Of a stretch of 58,422 nucleotides of DNA, positions 13,670 to 27,190 are shown in pieces. The position numbers and the translations under genes are program-made. Position 1 is the stretch's first letter, and every line of letters starts with the position of its first letter. The DNA lies in the NCBI RefSeq assembly GCF_001194135.2, contig NC_068988.1, positions 25,909,044 through 25,967,465 on the forward strand, read 5' to 3'. The notes below the pieces were generated by a model that was given only the letters and a program-made list of their open reading frames with translations, made no database searches and was not told where the DNA came from. This stretch comes from Octopus bimaculoides (Eukaryota).

Positions 13670-14240
13670 TGTCCCGAACCATACCTAAAGAATTTGTTCA
13701 TAGTCGAAAGACACTTGTTATGTCCTATTGTTTGCATTTCTATTTGTGTAACATTTTCCCGTTTTTTTCCCTTCCTTGTTTTCGTATACATTCGCTATTT
13801 TCTTCCAAGGAATCTAATGCTCTTAGATTAGTTTTTCCTTGGGGATGGCCAGATTGGAGCAATCTCGATGTATAACCAGCCGAAATTGCAAAGATAATCT
13901 GGAACTCGACTGAGGAAAGAAAACTCCGAATGACCCGTCCTTGTTTTCTTTGTATCATATGTGTGGATGTTTTGTTGTCCCTTTTTTTGCATCACCTAAT
14001 TGTCTGGAAGATTTGCGTTCTGGCCCCAGTTTTGCATTTTATATATATATATATTTGTGTCTAGGGAGAGTCATCATTCCAATATACCTAATACTCACAC
14101 TGGTTTAATTCCTCTCGTATCGAACATCCGATTCTTTTGTCAAAGCTGTCGTAGCGTTTTTTTTTTGCAACCTTCTCAGTGACAATCGCCTGTGTCCGTT
14201 ACAGAGGACGCATTTGTTTGTCTGTTTGAGTTCTTGGTGC
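13670..14240 (-). mobile_element. Probable Penelope-like element 5' relic (pLTR plus start of ORF)
   Basis: 14060-14220 is homologous to 49985-50130; contains a hammerhead-like core and a GTGAGT donor; downstream decayed frame ...TGHSEFSFLSRVPDYLC... loosely resembles the PLE N-terminal H..F...C....P motif. Confidence 0.45.
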
Positions 14241-14394
14241 ATATGTGCGTGTATGTGCCAGCGTTCGAATGCTTGTCTGTGTATGTATGTATGTATGTAT
14301 ATACATAAATTAGGAGTCGTTATTTAGCATAAATTAATTACTGACGTTATATCTATTTGTTTCAGAGTACATCGGCCCTAGTCCAAAATAGTTT

Positions 14395-14617
14395 GTATAC
14401 TGGTTTGAAATTTTGGCACAATGTCAGAAAGTTCGGGGGTTGGGATGTATCAATTACAGAAAACCAGGCGTCTAATTAGTACTTAGGTTATACACGAAGA
14501 AATGATGTAAGGCAATGTCGATATCATCGGAATTTAATCTCAGAACGTAAAGACGGACGAAATGCTGCTAATCATTTAGCCTGGCGCGGGAAAGACTCAG
14601 TCAGTTCACCGCCTTAA
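14395..14617 (-). mobile_element. SINE family B, diverged
   Basis: CTCAGAACGTAAAGACGGACGAAATGCTGCTAATCATTTAGCC...TCACCGCCTT. Confidence 0.75.
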
Positions 14618-14861
14618 AATCATTTATACACTGGATTCTTGCGTGGCCGGTAATTTAACATTGATCAAATTTACAGCAGCATAGTACTATAATATTGGCA
14701 GTGGCTCGAATGGCTAATTATAAATGAAAGGATAAATAAAGATGATGAGAATAAATGGAAATGTATCAGTTACTCCCAGCTTAAATAGTTGAAAAGTGTA
14801 GCGCCCAGGCCAGTCACAGGAAGGGAGGAACTGATACTTATATATCAGACTTGTACAGATT

Positions 14862-15265
14862 CTTTCATTCTTTTATTTTTTTACTTGTTTCAGTCATCTG
14901 ACTGCGGCCATGCTGGAACACCTCTCATAGTTGACCAAATTGACCCCAAAACTTAGTCTGTGTAAGCCTAATACTTATTCTGTCGGTCTTTTTTGCCGAA
15001 GCGCTTATTTACGCGGACATAAACAGACCAACGTCGGCTGTCAATCGATGGANNNNNNNNNNNNNNNNNNNNNNNNNNNNNNNNNNNNNNNNNNNNNNNN
15101 NNNNNNNNNNNNNNNNNNNNNNNNNNNNNNNNNNNNNNNNNNNNNNNNNNNNNNNNNNNNNNNNNNNNNNNNNNNNNNNNNNNNNNNNNNNNNNNNNNNN
15201 NNNNNNNNNNNNNNNNNNNNNNNNNNNNNNNNNNNNNNNNNNNNNNNNNNNNNNNNNNNNNNNNN

Positions 15266-15317
<52 letters not shown>

Positions 15318-15482
15318 CGACGGGCTCCTTTCATTTTCCGTCTAACAAATCCACTCTAAAGGCTTTCGTGGGCCCGATGCTATAGTAGAAGACACCTGCC
15401 CAAGATGCTACGTATTGGGACTGAACCCGGAACCATGTGGTTGCGAAGCAAGCTTCTTACCACACCGTCACTCCTGCACCTA
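14862..15482 (-). mobile_element. SINE family A, full length with internal (TG/CA)n tract
   Basis: Head at 15310-15482 (CORE-like block, GGGACTGAACCCGGAACCATGTGG), internal microsatellite and gap, tail at 14862-15050. Confidence 0.9.
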
Positions 15483-18400
15483 CAGCTGAATACAGCCAAA
15501 TATAAGGTGGTGGACTGGCGGCAGATGTTAGCCACAAAGGACTCAACAGCATAGAAGTCGAGAGTAATTCCGCAGCATATCTCGTTCACAACTCGAACAG
15601 CTTCAACTGATCTTCTGAGTCTAAAACGATTACAGGTAAAATTTATGTGGTGGGAACGTTGAAATAATCATATGCTGGACATCAGTCACGATTATACGAA
15701 GGAAATGAAAAGACGACTTTAAGCTAGTCAATGTGTAGCTTCTCTGCAACTGAAGATAATTTCCTCATATACGTCTAATAATATCCGGGGAATACTCTAC
15801 CTAATAGCAAAACATTCCATTTTGAAATTTCTGTTACTCTACAACAATACAATGATCATTTCTTTAACAAATCTCCTGTTAGTGTCATCGTTCCTATTAT
15901 TAACGGTTTTCATTTTTCTTCTTGCTTTCCTGTCTTTCCAACTAAATACAAATGTCTACAACACAGCCTATATGTGTATCCGTAGAAATACTATATTGTT
16001 CGGCTTCTTTGCTTTTCTTTTCATATAGTTCAATTCACTGCATAGGTTATAACATTATATCACTTTAGTGTAAAGCACAGAAGGCAAGAAATTATTCATA
16101 AAATGCATTACACTCAACTAATTAAAAAATAAAATTTCAGAAGTCTCTCTCTGCTTTGTATTTTTCTCTTCCTGGTGCCAAGTTTGGAACAATTGACATG
16201 ATATTCTGAAGCTACCATAGTTACAGTGATATGAATATTTAGAGAAAGCATAACATGAATACTAAACAATGTTTGAAAATATTTTTTTCAAAATAACTGA
16301 ATATTCCTAGGAGATTATTGACTAATGTATTAGTAACGTATTATGTAAAAAAATATATACACCTACATTGAAATAAACTTGTTTCTATAAATTGATGCAA
16401 TTACAATGTATCTGGTGCACTACAGAATTTGGACAAACCTATTGTTAGACATATTTCTTTATATACTTTCTTTTGAGACAGTGTATAAAAAATATTTGTA
16501 ACATGTCAGGAAATGATAAATGTAGAGATTTAAGATCAATACTTTTTATAGAATAATTTTACTAACTGTGTACTATATCAGAAAAAGAAAATTGCTGCTC
16601 GTAATTTTATTTGTATTTATGTACCCTTATCACTATATTCTACCAACAGCTAAGCTTGGTGTGTAGCATCGCTATGATTGATCCTAAAGTTTAGTATGTT
16701 GATTTCTGTAAAAGGAGAGCATATTAGGAACAAAGAATCATATTGTTATGTATTGAATACCAATTACTTAATTATCCAACTGATGCCTTTTTTTTTTTAC
16801 GGAATATCACAAGCTGTATTTTCTTCCCCTTTAGGCACGGAAAGTGAATTGTTTTGAAGTGCATATTTCTCAAAGATGAGGTGTTGTTTCTTCCAGCGTT
16901 TCTAGAATATGCAATTTGTAAGATAATGATAAAACTAATACGCTAGCTGTATGACTAGAAATTAGAAACGTTATCAGCCTCAATATTACATATTAGCAGC
17001 ATTGCACAATACATTAATTATAAAACGTATGTTTTAAGTTTAGAAAAAAAAACTGTCGGTTAATAGAAAGAATCTGGCATAAATTTTAGATTCTACAATA
17101 GAACAAATATATTTGGTGACAAATTTTATCAAAATTGCATGATGCTTGAAAAAGAGTTTTATATCATATATTACTGTAACAATTTTAAACTCTTCGTTCT
17201 TATGCATGAATTACTACATTGCGACATAAATTCTGTTATTCGAAGTGCTTCAAATTTTTAGATCATTAAGGTGCTTCATCTGCATTTCGATCTACAAATT
17301 GAACGTTTAAGCTAAACGAGATAACAAACTACCATATAGTCATCCATTAACACCTACCACATGCCATTTCAAGAAACTAAGATGAAATATTTCTTTCAAA
17401 GATTTCTGTTGGAGAATGTTGAACCCAGTTCTTGTTTTCAGTCCAGAATATTTATTGAAAAATCTAGATTACAGCTCTTCCCCTACAGAACGACATTACT
17501 TTACCTCGGTAAACTAAATGCAGATACGGACATAATCACATGCCTACATATACAAGCGCAAACACGATCACCTATAAATACAAACACCCGCAAAATTATA
17601 TATATATATATACATGTGCGCAAAATAAAAACAAAATCGCTTCCATACTGCTCAGAAGGAATTGTTCGAAACCATCAAATCAAGAGAGCCTATATAATAC
17701 AACGATTTTACCGGAAGATCAGTAATACATCGTAGTTGTGCCGGTGGCTTTTATAACCTGCACGTCGTCATCAGAATCACTGTTGTTAAGACCAATATGG
17801 TCACCACTACAACGATGATTATTGCTGTTGCCTTATTCCACTAACCTTCTAGCGACTGCTAAATGTAGTACTACGTCTACCACAATCCCCATAAGTTTCA
17901 ATGTTAGCAGTTACCTCAACCAAGACAGCTACCTGCCAACGTCAATACCAGCACCATTTGAGAGGTGACTGTTGCTCTCCTATTTACACATTTCTGCCAC
18001 TACCAGTCCCTGGTATTGCAGAGACTTGACTGTTTACTCGTGGGGATAGGCATTTGGGTCAGAAATATATAACAGCTATTTAACTTCACACATTTCCTAG
18101 GGAAAAAATCTCATCGTCTTCATTATATTACGGTATTTCATTTCACACTTACGCACAAATACACACGTAGATGTGCGCATGCGTACACGCGCGCATACAC
18201 ACACATGCACCCACATGTAGTAATAACAAGATATTTTAAGGGGAATATTAATGCATGGGTTCGGTTCTTCAGGTAAAACATTGCATTAGTGTTATGGTTG
18301 TATCGAATGTTTATCTAAGGAATATTTACCAATTAACACCAATCAGATGGTTCTGTGGGGTTTTGTGAGTGGTTTCTGTGATTACTTAGANNNNNNNNNN

Positions 18401-21299
18401 NNNNNNNNNNNNNNNNNNNNNNNNNNNNNNNNNNNNNNNNNNNNNNNNNNNNNNNNNNNNNNNNNNNNNNNNNNNNNNNNNNNNNNNNNNNNNNNNNNNN
18501 NNNNNNNNNNNNNNNNNNNNNNNNNNNNNNNNNNNNNNNNNNNNNNNNNNNNNNNNNNNNNNNNNNNNNNNNNNNNNNNNNNNNNNNNNNNNNNNNNNNN
18601 NNNNNNNNNNNNNNNNNNNNNNNNNNNNNNNNNNNNNNNNNNNNNNNNNNNNNNNNNNNNNNNNNNNNNNNNNNNNNNNNNNNNNNNNNNNNNNNNNNNN
18701 NNNNNNNNNNNNNNNNNNNNNNNNNNNNNNNNNNNNNNNNNNNNNNNNNNNNNNNNNNNNNNNNNNNNNNNNNNNNNNNNNNNNNNNNNNNNNNNNNNNN
18801 NNNNNNNNNNNNNNNNNNNNNNNNNNNNNNNNNNNNNNNNNNNNNNNNNNNNNNNNNNNNNNNNNNNNNNNNNNNNNNNNNNNNNNNNNNNNNNNNNNNN
18901 NNNNNNNNNNNNNNNNNNNNNNNNNNNNNNNNNNNNNNNNNNNNNNNNNNNNNNNNNNNNNNNNNNNNNNNNNNNNNNNNNNNNNNNNNNNNNNNNNNNN
19001 NNNNNNNNNNNNNNNNNNNNNNNNNNNNNNNNNNNNNNNNNNNNNNNNNNNNNNNNNNNNNNNNNNNNNNNNNNNNNNNNNNNNNNNNNNNNNNNNNNNN
19101 NNNNNNNNNNNNNNGCATATATATGTGTGTTTGTGTGTATATACATGTGAGCATGGTAAGGCACAACATACTTTTTTATAAAATGAAATTACATAATGTT
19201 CATATTTGTTTCATAATCAAATAAATGTGTGTTATGAGGTAATCGTTACGCAGACGATTGCATAATAACACTGAAAAGGCAGATCTTCAAAGGAAAATAC
19301 CCATTAATTCTAATCTATTATTTACCAATATCATCTGCGTGATAGTACTTGCGGCGTCATTTATTCTGAAGGCAACAGTATCTTCGTGCATAAACTTTAA
19401 CTATTTCTTCTTACCTATTCACACTTCAAAGTGTGTAGAAATAGAAACAATTTTCCATCTTTTAAATGATGTACGTTTAAAAGCAAAATATATAGTGTCA
19501 GTTTTAAAAGCCATGACATTGAACGATATATAATTTAAGATATTAGGAAAAGCAATTAATATTTCATATTATGCACTTAGAAAGAACAAGTACTAATAAT
19601 TATTTCAGTATATAGTTCTAAGGTCTGCTTTGATGTGTGTAAGTGAATAAAAGTTTATTATCAGTGACACGATCGAAAAATTTCCTAAGTACATAATCTG
19701 AAATAAGTTTGTGGAGGAGATTGGAGGGGAGGCTGCGGATGAATTTGAACCTTCAACAACCATTGCTTAAAATTCTGAGGTGACCTTCGTATACCATACT
19801 AGCTATACGGATAGTTTCCGTTTTGTGTTTTTGCAAAATTCTACTGAATTACAGTGTCGATACTCTTACAGTTTGCTTTTCGTGATACGAAAGAAATACT
19901 ATATAAGGATTAGGATTATTGCCGCCAAAATTCATGAAAAGCCAAAGGCTATGGTGGTACATATTATGTGCAGAAAGCCCTACATTTCCATTTCTTTGAA
20001 TAACCAATATGCGCACAAAATGAGGCCTTTACAGGCGATCATTAAAACAAAAGTTACAGACACACACCCGTACCTACATTTTAGATCTTGCCACTGATGC
20101 CATATGTAAAGGAATATCCATTTAATACGGCAAGAGAGATTATTCTCAACAGGCAGACGTACAAATAAATGGAAGTGAGAAATGACAAGTAGAATTGAAT
20201 ATATTTCTTTAGAAACGAAACTAATACAAAACAGTAATTCGTGCCATGACCAAGCTAAAAAGATCCCAATTTCTGTCTAAAAGAGAAACACTCCCAATGA
20301 CAGCAAAGTTGAGAGAAATAAATGAATATCCTATTTGTAGTCACCCTAGAAATCATAACATCTTACATTCAGTTAAAAGATAACTTCCAGTCCTCCATCA
20401 ATCCTGGAAATTCAGTAAAATAATTACAGAAAAATAATTAAAGAATAATTAAAAATTATCAGCTGCTAAAAATAAACAACAGATCTTAAAAGACGTGAAA
20501 TCCACAACACAAGAAGAAGTGATACAGGCAACAGAATATGGAGACTTTTATTGCGTGACGTGTGAATTAATTAAACGGAGTAAAACAAAAGCTTTCTAGA
20601 GTCGGAAGAAATTTCGAGTTTAATGGAAATAGTAATTCCGAAATAAAATTTCTTTTTGACTGGATCACATGTCCATAATGTAGTGAGAATCACATTGGCC
20701 ATGCGAGATCATAATCATTATATCGAGTTAAGGTGCTTTAAAATATATATATATATATATATCAAAGATCCATTTTTTAGAGATGTTGCACGTAGTAAAC
20801 AACTAAGACATCTGTGCAAATAGAAAATTCAAAAATATTTCTCTCACACTCTCAGTATCCTTAAAGTAAGTTTTCAACAACGAAAAGCTGCAGTATATTT
20901 TAAGGGAAATCTTATTCAAATCTAACGAAAATAGTCAAAACCATTACAAATATCTGCTCCTTCTTTACTTCTTACTGTATAACGTGTGCTTTAAAAAGTT
21001 GTAATCTGTGAAAGCGCTAACATACTACGGAAATCTTCTAAAATGTTTTTGTCATACCGTACTTTTTAAGCTTTCAGTCATTTTTAATATAATTAGTAAT
21101 TTTAAGAAAATATTTTTTTCCAAAAGACTGTAAAGCACGGGTACACTCACACAAGCACACACGCACACATACACACACACACACACTCGCACAAACACGT
21201 GTGCGTGTACGTGTAAGTGTGTGTGTGCGTTTTCATACCAAATTAAGCATTATGAATTAAGTATTCGCTACATTTTCAAATGTTTACTGTAAACGCTAT

Positions 21300-21380
21300 C
21301 GGAGATTTCAGTATATTAGTGCTTGTCGAAGGTTCAATCCCATGGTGTGGTATAATAGGGAAGCGTCTTCAACTATAGTC
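21300..21380 (+). mobile_element. SINE family A head relic
   Basis: GGTTCAATCCCATGGTGTGG...GGGAAGCGTCTTCAACTATAG. Confidence 0.5.
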
Positions 21381-21439
21381 ACTGACCGACATTTCCTTGT
21401 AAATTACTTTGGTTAACAGAAACTGCAATGATACCCATT

Positions 21440-21474
<35 letters not shown>

Positions 21475-24402
21475 NNNNNNNNNNNNNNNNNNNNNNNNNN
21501 NNNNNNNNNNNNNNNNNNNNNNNNNNNNNNNNNNNNNNNNNNNNNNNNNNNNNNNNNNNNNNNNNNNNNNNNNNNNNNNNNNNNNNNNNNNNNNNNNNNN
21601 NNNNNNNNNNNNNNNNNNNNNNNNNNNNNNNNNNNNNNNNNNNNNNNNNNNNNNNNNNNNNNNNNNNNNNNNNNNNNNNNNNNNNNNNNNNNNNNNNNNN
21701 NNNNNNNNNNNNNNNNNNNNNNNNNNNNNNNNNNNNNNNNNNNNNNNNNNNNNNNNNNNNNNNNNNNNNNNNNNNNNNNNNNNNTATATATGTATGTATG
21801 TATGTATGTATGTGTGTGTGTATATGTATGTATTCCCAGTTAAAGGCGATGTTAAACCAACATTGCTGCGGTTGTTAGTATGAGAGTACATCTCATTTTG
21901 GCTTTCGGTGCAAAAACACACTCCTGTTTCTATCGCTAGAAGGGAAATAAATCTTCGCCGTCACCAGTGCCACGACCACCAGACCTATATATTGCTGTCG
22001 AAGATGAAACGCTGCAATTTCTAGTAGCGAGTTTGTTACCGTAAAATTTATAAATGTTGTAAAGTAATAATATATCGAATTGTTTTATCTTTTTGAACCC
22101 TATGTATGTGAGGGCGCCTGCACTCTTATGCCTGTGAGTGTGCGTGCGGGTATGTGGATGTTTGATTGTATTTCGGATTAAATCGAAGGCCGCGAATATG
22201 TCTCATATCATACGTTAGAGTGGAGTATATAGAACTGAAGTTTGATATCAACAAGCGCCAGTTCACATTGTTTTCCGCAGGGAATTACTTAAATGTCTTC
22301 GTACAATCTGTTTCAATTTGGCGAATTTATTAGAATTTCAACAGATATATTTAGTAGTTGACAGTATCATCTATTTTCGCCAAATGCATTGCGGGTATTT
22401 GCATTTCACAATTCCTTTTTATGTTTAAAGTTGGTGTTGCTGTAATGATATAATATATTAGTTAGACAAGTCATTACATCTAAGTGTATACGTGTATGTT
22501 TATATGCGTGTGGGGTAAACTGAAATTGTATAATATATAGAATATTAACATTTTGTAAATAACACGTGTAAGTTGTATTTTGAAGTTGGTAGAAGAATGC
22601 ACGGTGAACCAATGGAATTTCAAAGCTTACTTCGAATATATTAAAAGACATTTGTTCATCATAACCAAACTTCGCTTCATGCAATTCACCCACTATTATG
22701 TGACTAAACTAATCATATGATAGAAGAAAAATAAATAAATGAAACGTCTTTTTATAATAAAAATTATTGCATAACTTGGAAATCTGACAGGGCTCTGTTC
22801 AAAGCTGCAAAATTTATGAAATTCTAAGTGGCAGGCGTTGAAACAGCAATGAAAGAACAATGGTACGTTTGATTACTATCTTTCATTGAATGCATGAATT
22901 CATATTGTAACAAACGCTGTTGGTCTCATTCCAACATAATGCAGATATATAATATACATGTCTGGTTGTAGCCATATAATAATATTTAATATATTCATTA
23001 CACGTAAACCTCCTTAACCATTCCTTATTTTCTCTTACTCTTTTCGAATGAATTATAAATGGATGCTGCATGACACCTAGATTTACTACGGCATACGAAA
23101 ACATGGACTGACATCGATATGATTACGCGCTCAAGCATATATATGTGTGTGCTTGAAGACGCATTGTATACAGACGTAGTGGGAGAAAGAGAGAAAAAGG
23201 GAGATATGCAGATAGAGAAGTGCATGTAGCTATATGCTATGGTGCTTGTTCATATTTTTGTATGTATTATGCTTGCGCGTATGCGAAGTTGTGTAAATGT
23301 TAAGACGGGTTTATAGCTGAAAACTTAAAGAGAATCTGAAAGACAAAGTGAGAGCATTGAGACTATGTTAAAATGATTGTGAGATTCTCGATGATCGCTC
23401 GAATTATTTTACATATAGTAAAAGCCGTAACTATTTTTCCATGTTATTTGTGTGCAGCATGTAGGTAGTAAGATCAATGAGTGTAGTAAAATATATCCAA
23501 ACTTACCAAATCGCATGAAAAACTACATAAATATTCGTTCGAATGATAAAACTGTTTGTTCAATAGATAAGATCAAATCGGAAAATTATGCATTTCAATT
23601 CACATGAGGAATAAAACAAACGAAAGAAATTAGTCATTTTATTGAATCGAATATCCAAACTAAACAGTTGATGTACTTGTATATATGAATGCATCTATGT
23701 GACTTTATGTCTGTGGGTATGGCTACCGCTGCGAAAAATGATGAATAGCTTCATCTCCGGGGTTTTGACTCTTTTGATAAATGTTACAGAAACCACCATC
23801 TTGTTTCTTTGACCATTTCTTATGCATGACATTCGTCGGCATGAAAGACTTACTCATTTTTATATATCGGGTTCTTCACGCGAACATTATTGATTCTTTG
23901 CTGTTTCATAGTATGTAAAGGAAAACGCCAAGATCATGTTAATACAACAGGAAATGCTTTTCATCTCTGAGGGCAATATATACAAAAATGTTCTAAAATT
24001 TCAATATGGTAGATTATAATAATAGTGATTTATAATATAATAAAATAAAGACATAAACGTCTATGAACGGAAACAGTCGATAACTTGGAGCATTATTTGA
24101 CTGGTACTTATTTCATACAACCAAAACGTACGTAAAACGAAATTGAACACCACCGTATTTGTGCAGTCAACATTAGGCATCATTATTATGTTTGCTGTAG
24201 TGAAAATTAGAGAAGAACCCTTAATTTAGTGCTAATTTTGGCGAGCATAGACCAATTTGTATTCCCTAAATATGTTTATGGTAATTTTAATAGCAGTTTC
24301 CTTTTAAAAGGCTCAGGATCGATGACAATTTCTCTATAAAGTACCGTATCTGTAAAAACATGGCTGTTCTTAGCAGAAGTAGTCCCGTCATTTAACGTAT
24401 TA

Positions 24403-24715
24403 TTTTCTTTTTAGTCCTTTTAAAGCCTAGCCAGGCGCATGTGCCCGGTTTCCCGGTTTCTATGGTGTGTGTGTTCCTCCCAGCTGGACGGTACGCCAGT
24501 CCATCGCAGCGTTACTCAAGAAACAGGAAGAAAGAGTGAGAGAAAGTTGGGGCGAAAGAGTACAACAGGGGTCCCCACCACCTCTTGCCGGAGCCGCACG
24601 GACCTTTAGGTGTTTTCGCTCAATAAACATACACAACACCCGGTCTGCGAATCAAAACCGCGATCCTCCGACCGCGAGTCCGCTGCCCTAACCATTGGGC
24701 CATTGTGCTTCCACC
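24403..24715 (-). mobile_element. SINE family C (tRNA head, V-SINE-like block) with 12-bp TSD
   Basis: Minus strand GTGGAAGCACAATGGCCCAATGGTTAGGGCAGCGGACTCGC (A box) ...GGTTTTGATTC (B box), GCTGCGATGGACTGGCGTACCGTCCAG; TSD TTTAACGTATTA at 24391-24402 and 24716-24727. Confidence 0.9.
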
Positions 24716-26939
24716 TTTAACGTATTAGTTGGCAAGTTATTTTCACCATATATGTTGTAATTACTTTCAACGTCTGTGATTTTACTAAACCCATTTCTTT
24801 TGCCATAAACAATGAAATTGGCTATCTATTTTTACTTTTGTTCTTTGTATTGTAGGGAGATGTGTCGGACTCACGACCTTCTATTTGCTGCTTGCTAAAT
24901 TTTGCGATTATAAAGATCTTCCACCGCTTAGAACAGATGAATCTGTAGTTTGCTGTTTTGACTTCGGTATCTGAAGCAAATCCAACGGCATATCCGACGG
25001 AATTTCATGTTAATTTCTGTTTGAAGAAAATGCAGAGAAGATTATAATAATTTTCTTTTCGGAATAGATTTTTAGTTTCGTTGATTTAATTGGTGATGTA
25101 GTGTTTTATGTCCTTTGTTGCTTACTCTATGAATGCTTCCTGCAAGAAGCTCTCCGACACCACTGAGATAGATTCCAATTTTCGCTGTTAAAAATGCAGT
25201 CACCATTTACAGGAAGATAAAAACGAAGTTCTGAAAAGGAAGAACTGGGTGTATTGCTTACTGTGTGCTCTTCGGTAGGTAGACACAAGAGAGATAACGC
25301 GAAGTGGACGAAGTAATGGTTTGGGAGTGCCTGAGATGGGGGAAACACAAGATCAGTTAGACCTGTGGGTTAGAGACCATTATAATAACAATAGTAAAAG
25401 CACAGAATGTTGGGTGTAAGTCTTTGGGAAAGCGTGTGTCTGAAAATATAAGGGTAACCAATCGATTGGATGCAGTCTACGGTACCTGTTTTTAGCAGCA
25501 ACTCTATTGAAATTGTGAAGCAACGCGCTATTGTCGTTCTCGTTTAAGCTTACAAAGTTTCAGCAGTTGCTGAATCCTGAAATATTTTCTAGCTTTAAAG
25601 AGAAAAGGCCATGTTTGGTTGTAGATGTAGCTTCTGTTGCTCTAATTTCAGTTCATTTCTTATTGCTGTTTAACATCGGTGACTTGTTTTGTAGTTGCTG
25701 CTTCAAATGGGTCTGAGATTGTTTAATGATTCCGTTATTCACGCACTATAGATATATTCTCATTTCTGCTAGCATCATGTTTCGTTTGCTTTCAATATGC
25801 ATTGGGGCGTAATTAGGATAATAACTTCCAATCAAGTTCGCATGGAAGTCTCATAAGAGAAAGCGAAAATCGATAATCACTATATGTTATTCTAAAAACA
25901 CCATAAAAACTACTGGTCCAGGTTTGGAGGAAAGCCTTGAATAGCCACGTTTGTAGAGCGACGCACTATATACTAAGAGCAAAGCTACATTCCAAATCGA
26001 AATATGAGTTTGCCTTGTACGTTTGCACGTCTTTACCTCAGGCGCAAGCTTCTGTTGAACCATATTTTTCTTTTACTAGTGTTTCATGAGCAATGAAAGA
26101 TTCTGTATAACAATTCTTCCTTATAAGCATGCGTGGTGACTGTTTTGCAATGAAAGCTTCAGGATACACCACTACGTCTACTCCTTTTTATAAGTTTAGT
26201 TTTGTTTAGTTTTGTTCTGAACGCGATGTTTACTTCCGTTGAGTGCGGCTCACAAAAATGAGCCACACTTCTTGGTGTTGCACTCAGAAATATTTGTGTC
26301 ATTGTAATTCATTACTGCTTTGCTGACGTTGAGAAGTCTAAAACTAATTTGTCCTCTTATGAGTTTCCCAGACATTCTTAAACTCATCGTTGGTATTCTA
26401 GATATCATCATTACATATCTTTTCTACTATATATTATATCATTTACTTAATTGTTGTTACTGCTGCTGGTGATTGTTGTAATGTGGTTGACAGTGGTGAC
26501 AGATTTGTTGCTGTTTATATCGGTGGCATTTCCGCATCGGAGCCGTGTTGTCAGAGTAAATATTTACACATTATGTTATTATTTGCTGTTATATTTCTTT
26601 AAAACAGCTCAGGAAAAAAATCTTTTTTTCACTTTGTCAATAGAGAAGGCAGACGACAGTTTTAACTTAATCATCGATACGAATGTCTTGTCTCAAACTG
26701 TTCCTCCTTCATGAAACGTCAATAAAAGTTTTAATAAAATGTTCCTATACTGATTGTAAATGACGGATCAAAATCACTGTTTGCCTAATTAGAGTAGACA
26801 ATGAAATTTTTTAAACAATCTTTTTCTCGAGAATGTCTATTCCAATTATATTGGTGAAAAAACAAATTTCGTTGGAGAAATTTCTTAAAGAACAAGGAAC
26901 AAATTTGGAGAGTATCAAAGTTTACAACCAGAGTAGCAG

Positions 26940-27035
26940 GGTGATGATGAGCGTGATGAACATGATGATGATGATGATGATGATGACGATGATGATGATG
27001 TTGGAGGCGATGGTGATGATGGTGATGAGCATCAG
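26940..27035. repeat. (GAT)n imperfect microsatellite
   Basis: Directly visible; explains the poly-Met ORF. Confidence 0.9.
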
Positions 27036-27044
27036 TCCTGAGGT

Positions 27045-27190
27045 TTTAAGGCAGGGGAATAGTCAATTATATCGACTCCATTGTTCAATTGTTACTTATA
27101 TTATCGACCTCGAAAGGATGAAAGGTAAAGTTGACTTCAGGGTCATTTGAATACAGAATGTAAACACGAACGAAATGCTGCAAACTCTCT
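27045..27190 (-). mobile_element. SINE family B fragment
   Basis: ATCGACCTCGAAAGGATGAAAGGTAAAGTTGACTTC...CAGAATGTAAACACGAACGAAATGCTGC. Confidence 0.75.

Noticed and set aside
14741-14834. TGATGA...CTGA as a C/D snoRNA
   Set aside because: No terminal stem, no internal C'/D' boxes and no recognisable rRNA-complementary guide.
16943-16954. CTAGCTGTATGA matching the 3' half of miR-9
   Set aside because: No seed match and no hairpin.
20856-20865. 10-nt microexon between a good acceptor and GTAAGT
   Set aside because: Frame-shifting length and no supporting context; such pairs arise by chance in AT-rich DNA.
24600-24715. tRNA-like sequences with A/B boxes (also near 52600-52670 and 32750-32830)
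   Set aside because: These are SINE heads: no complete cloverleaf, and they continue into SINE bodies, some with TSDs.
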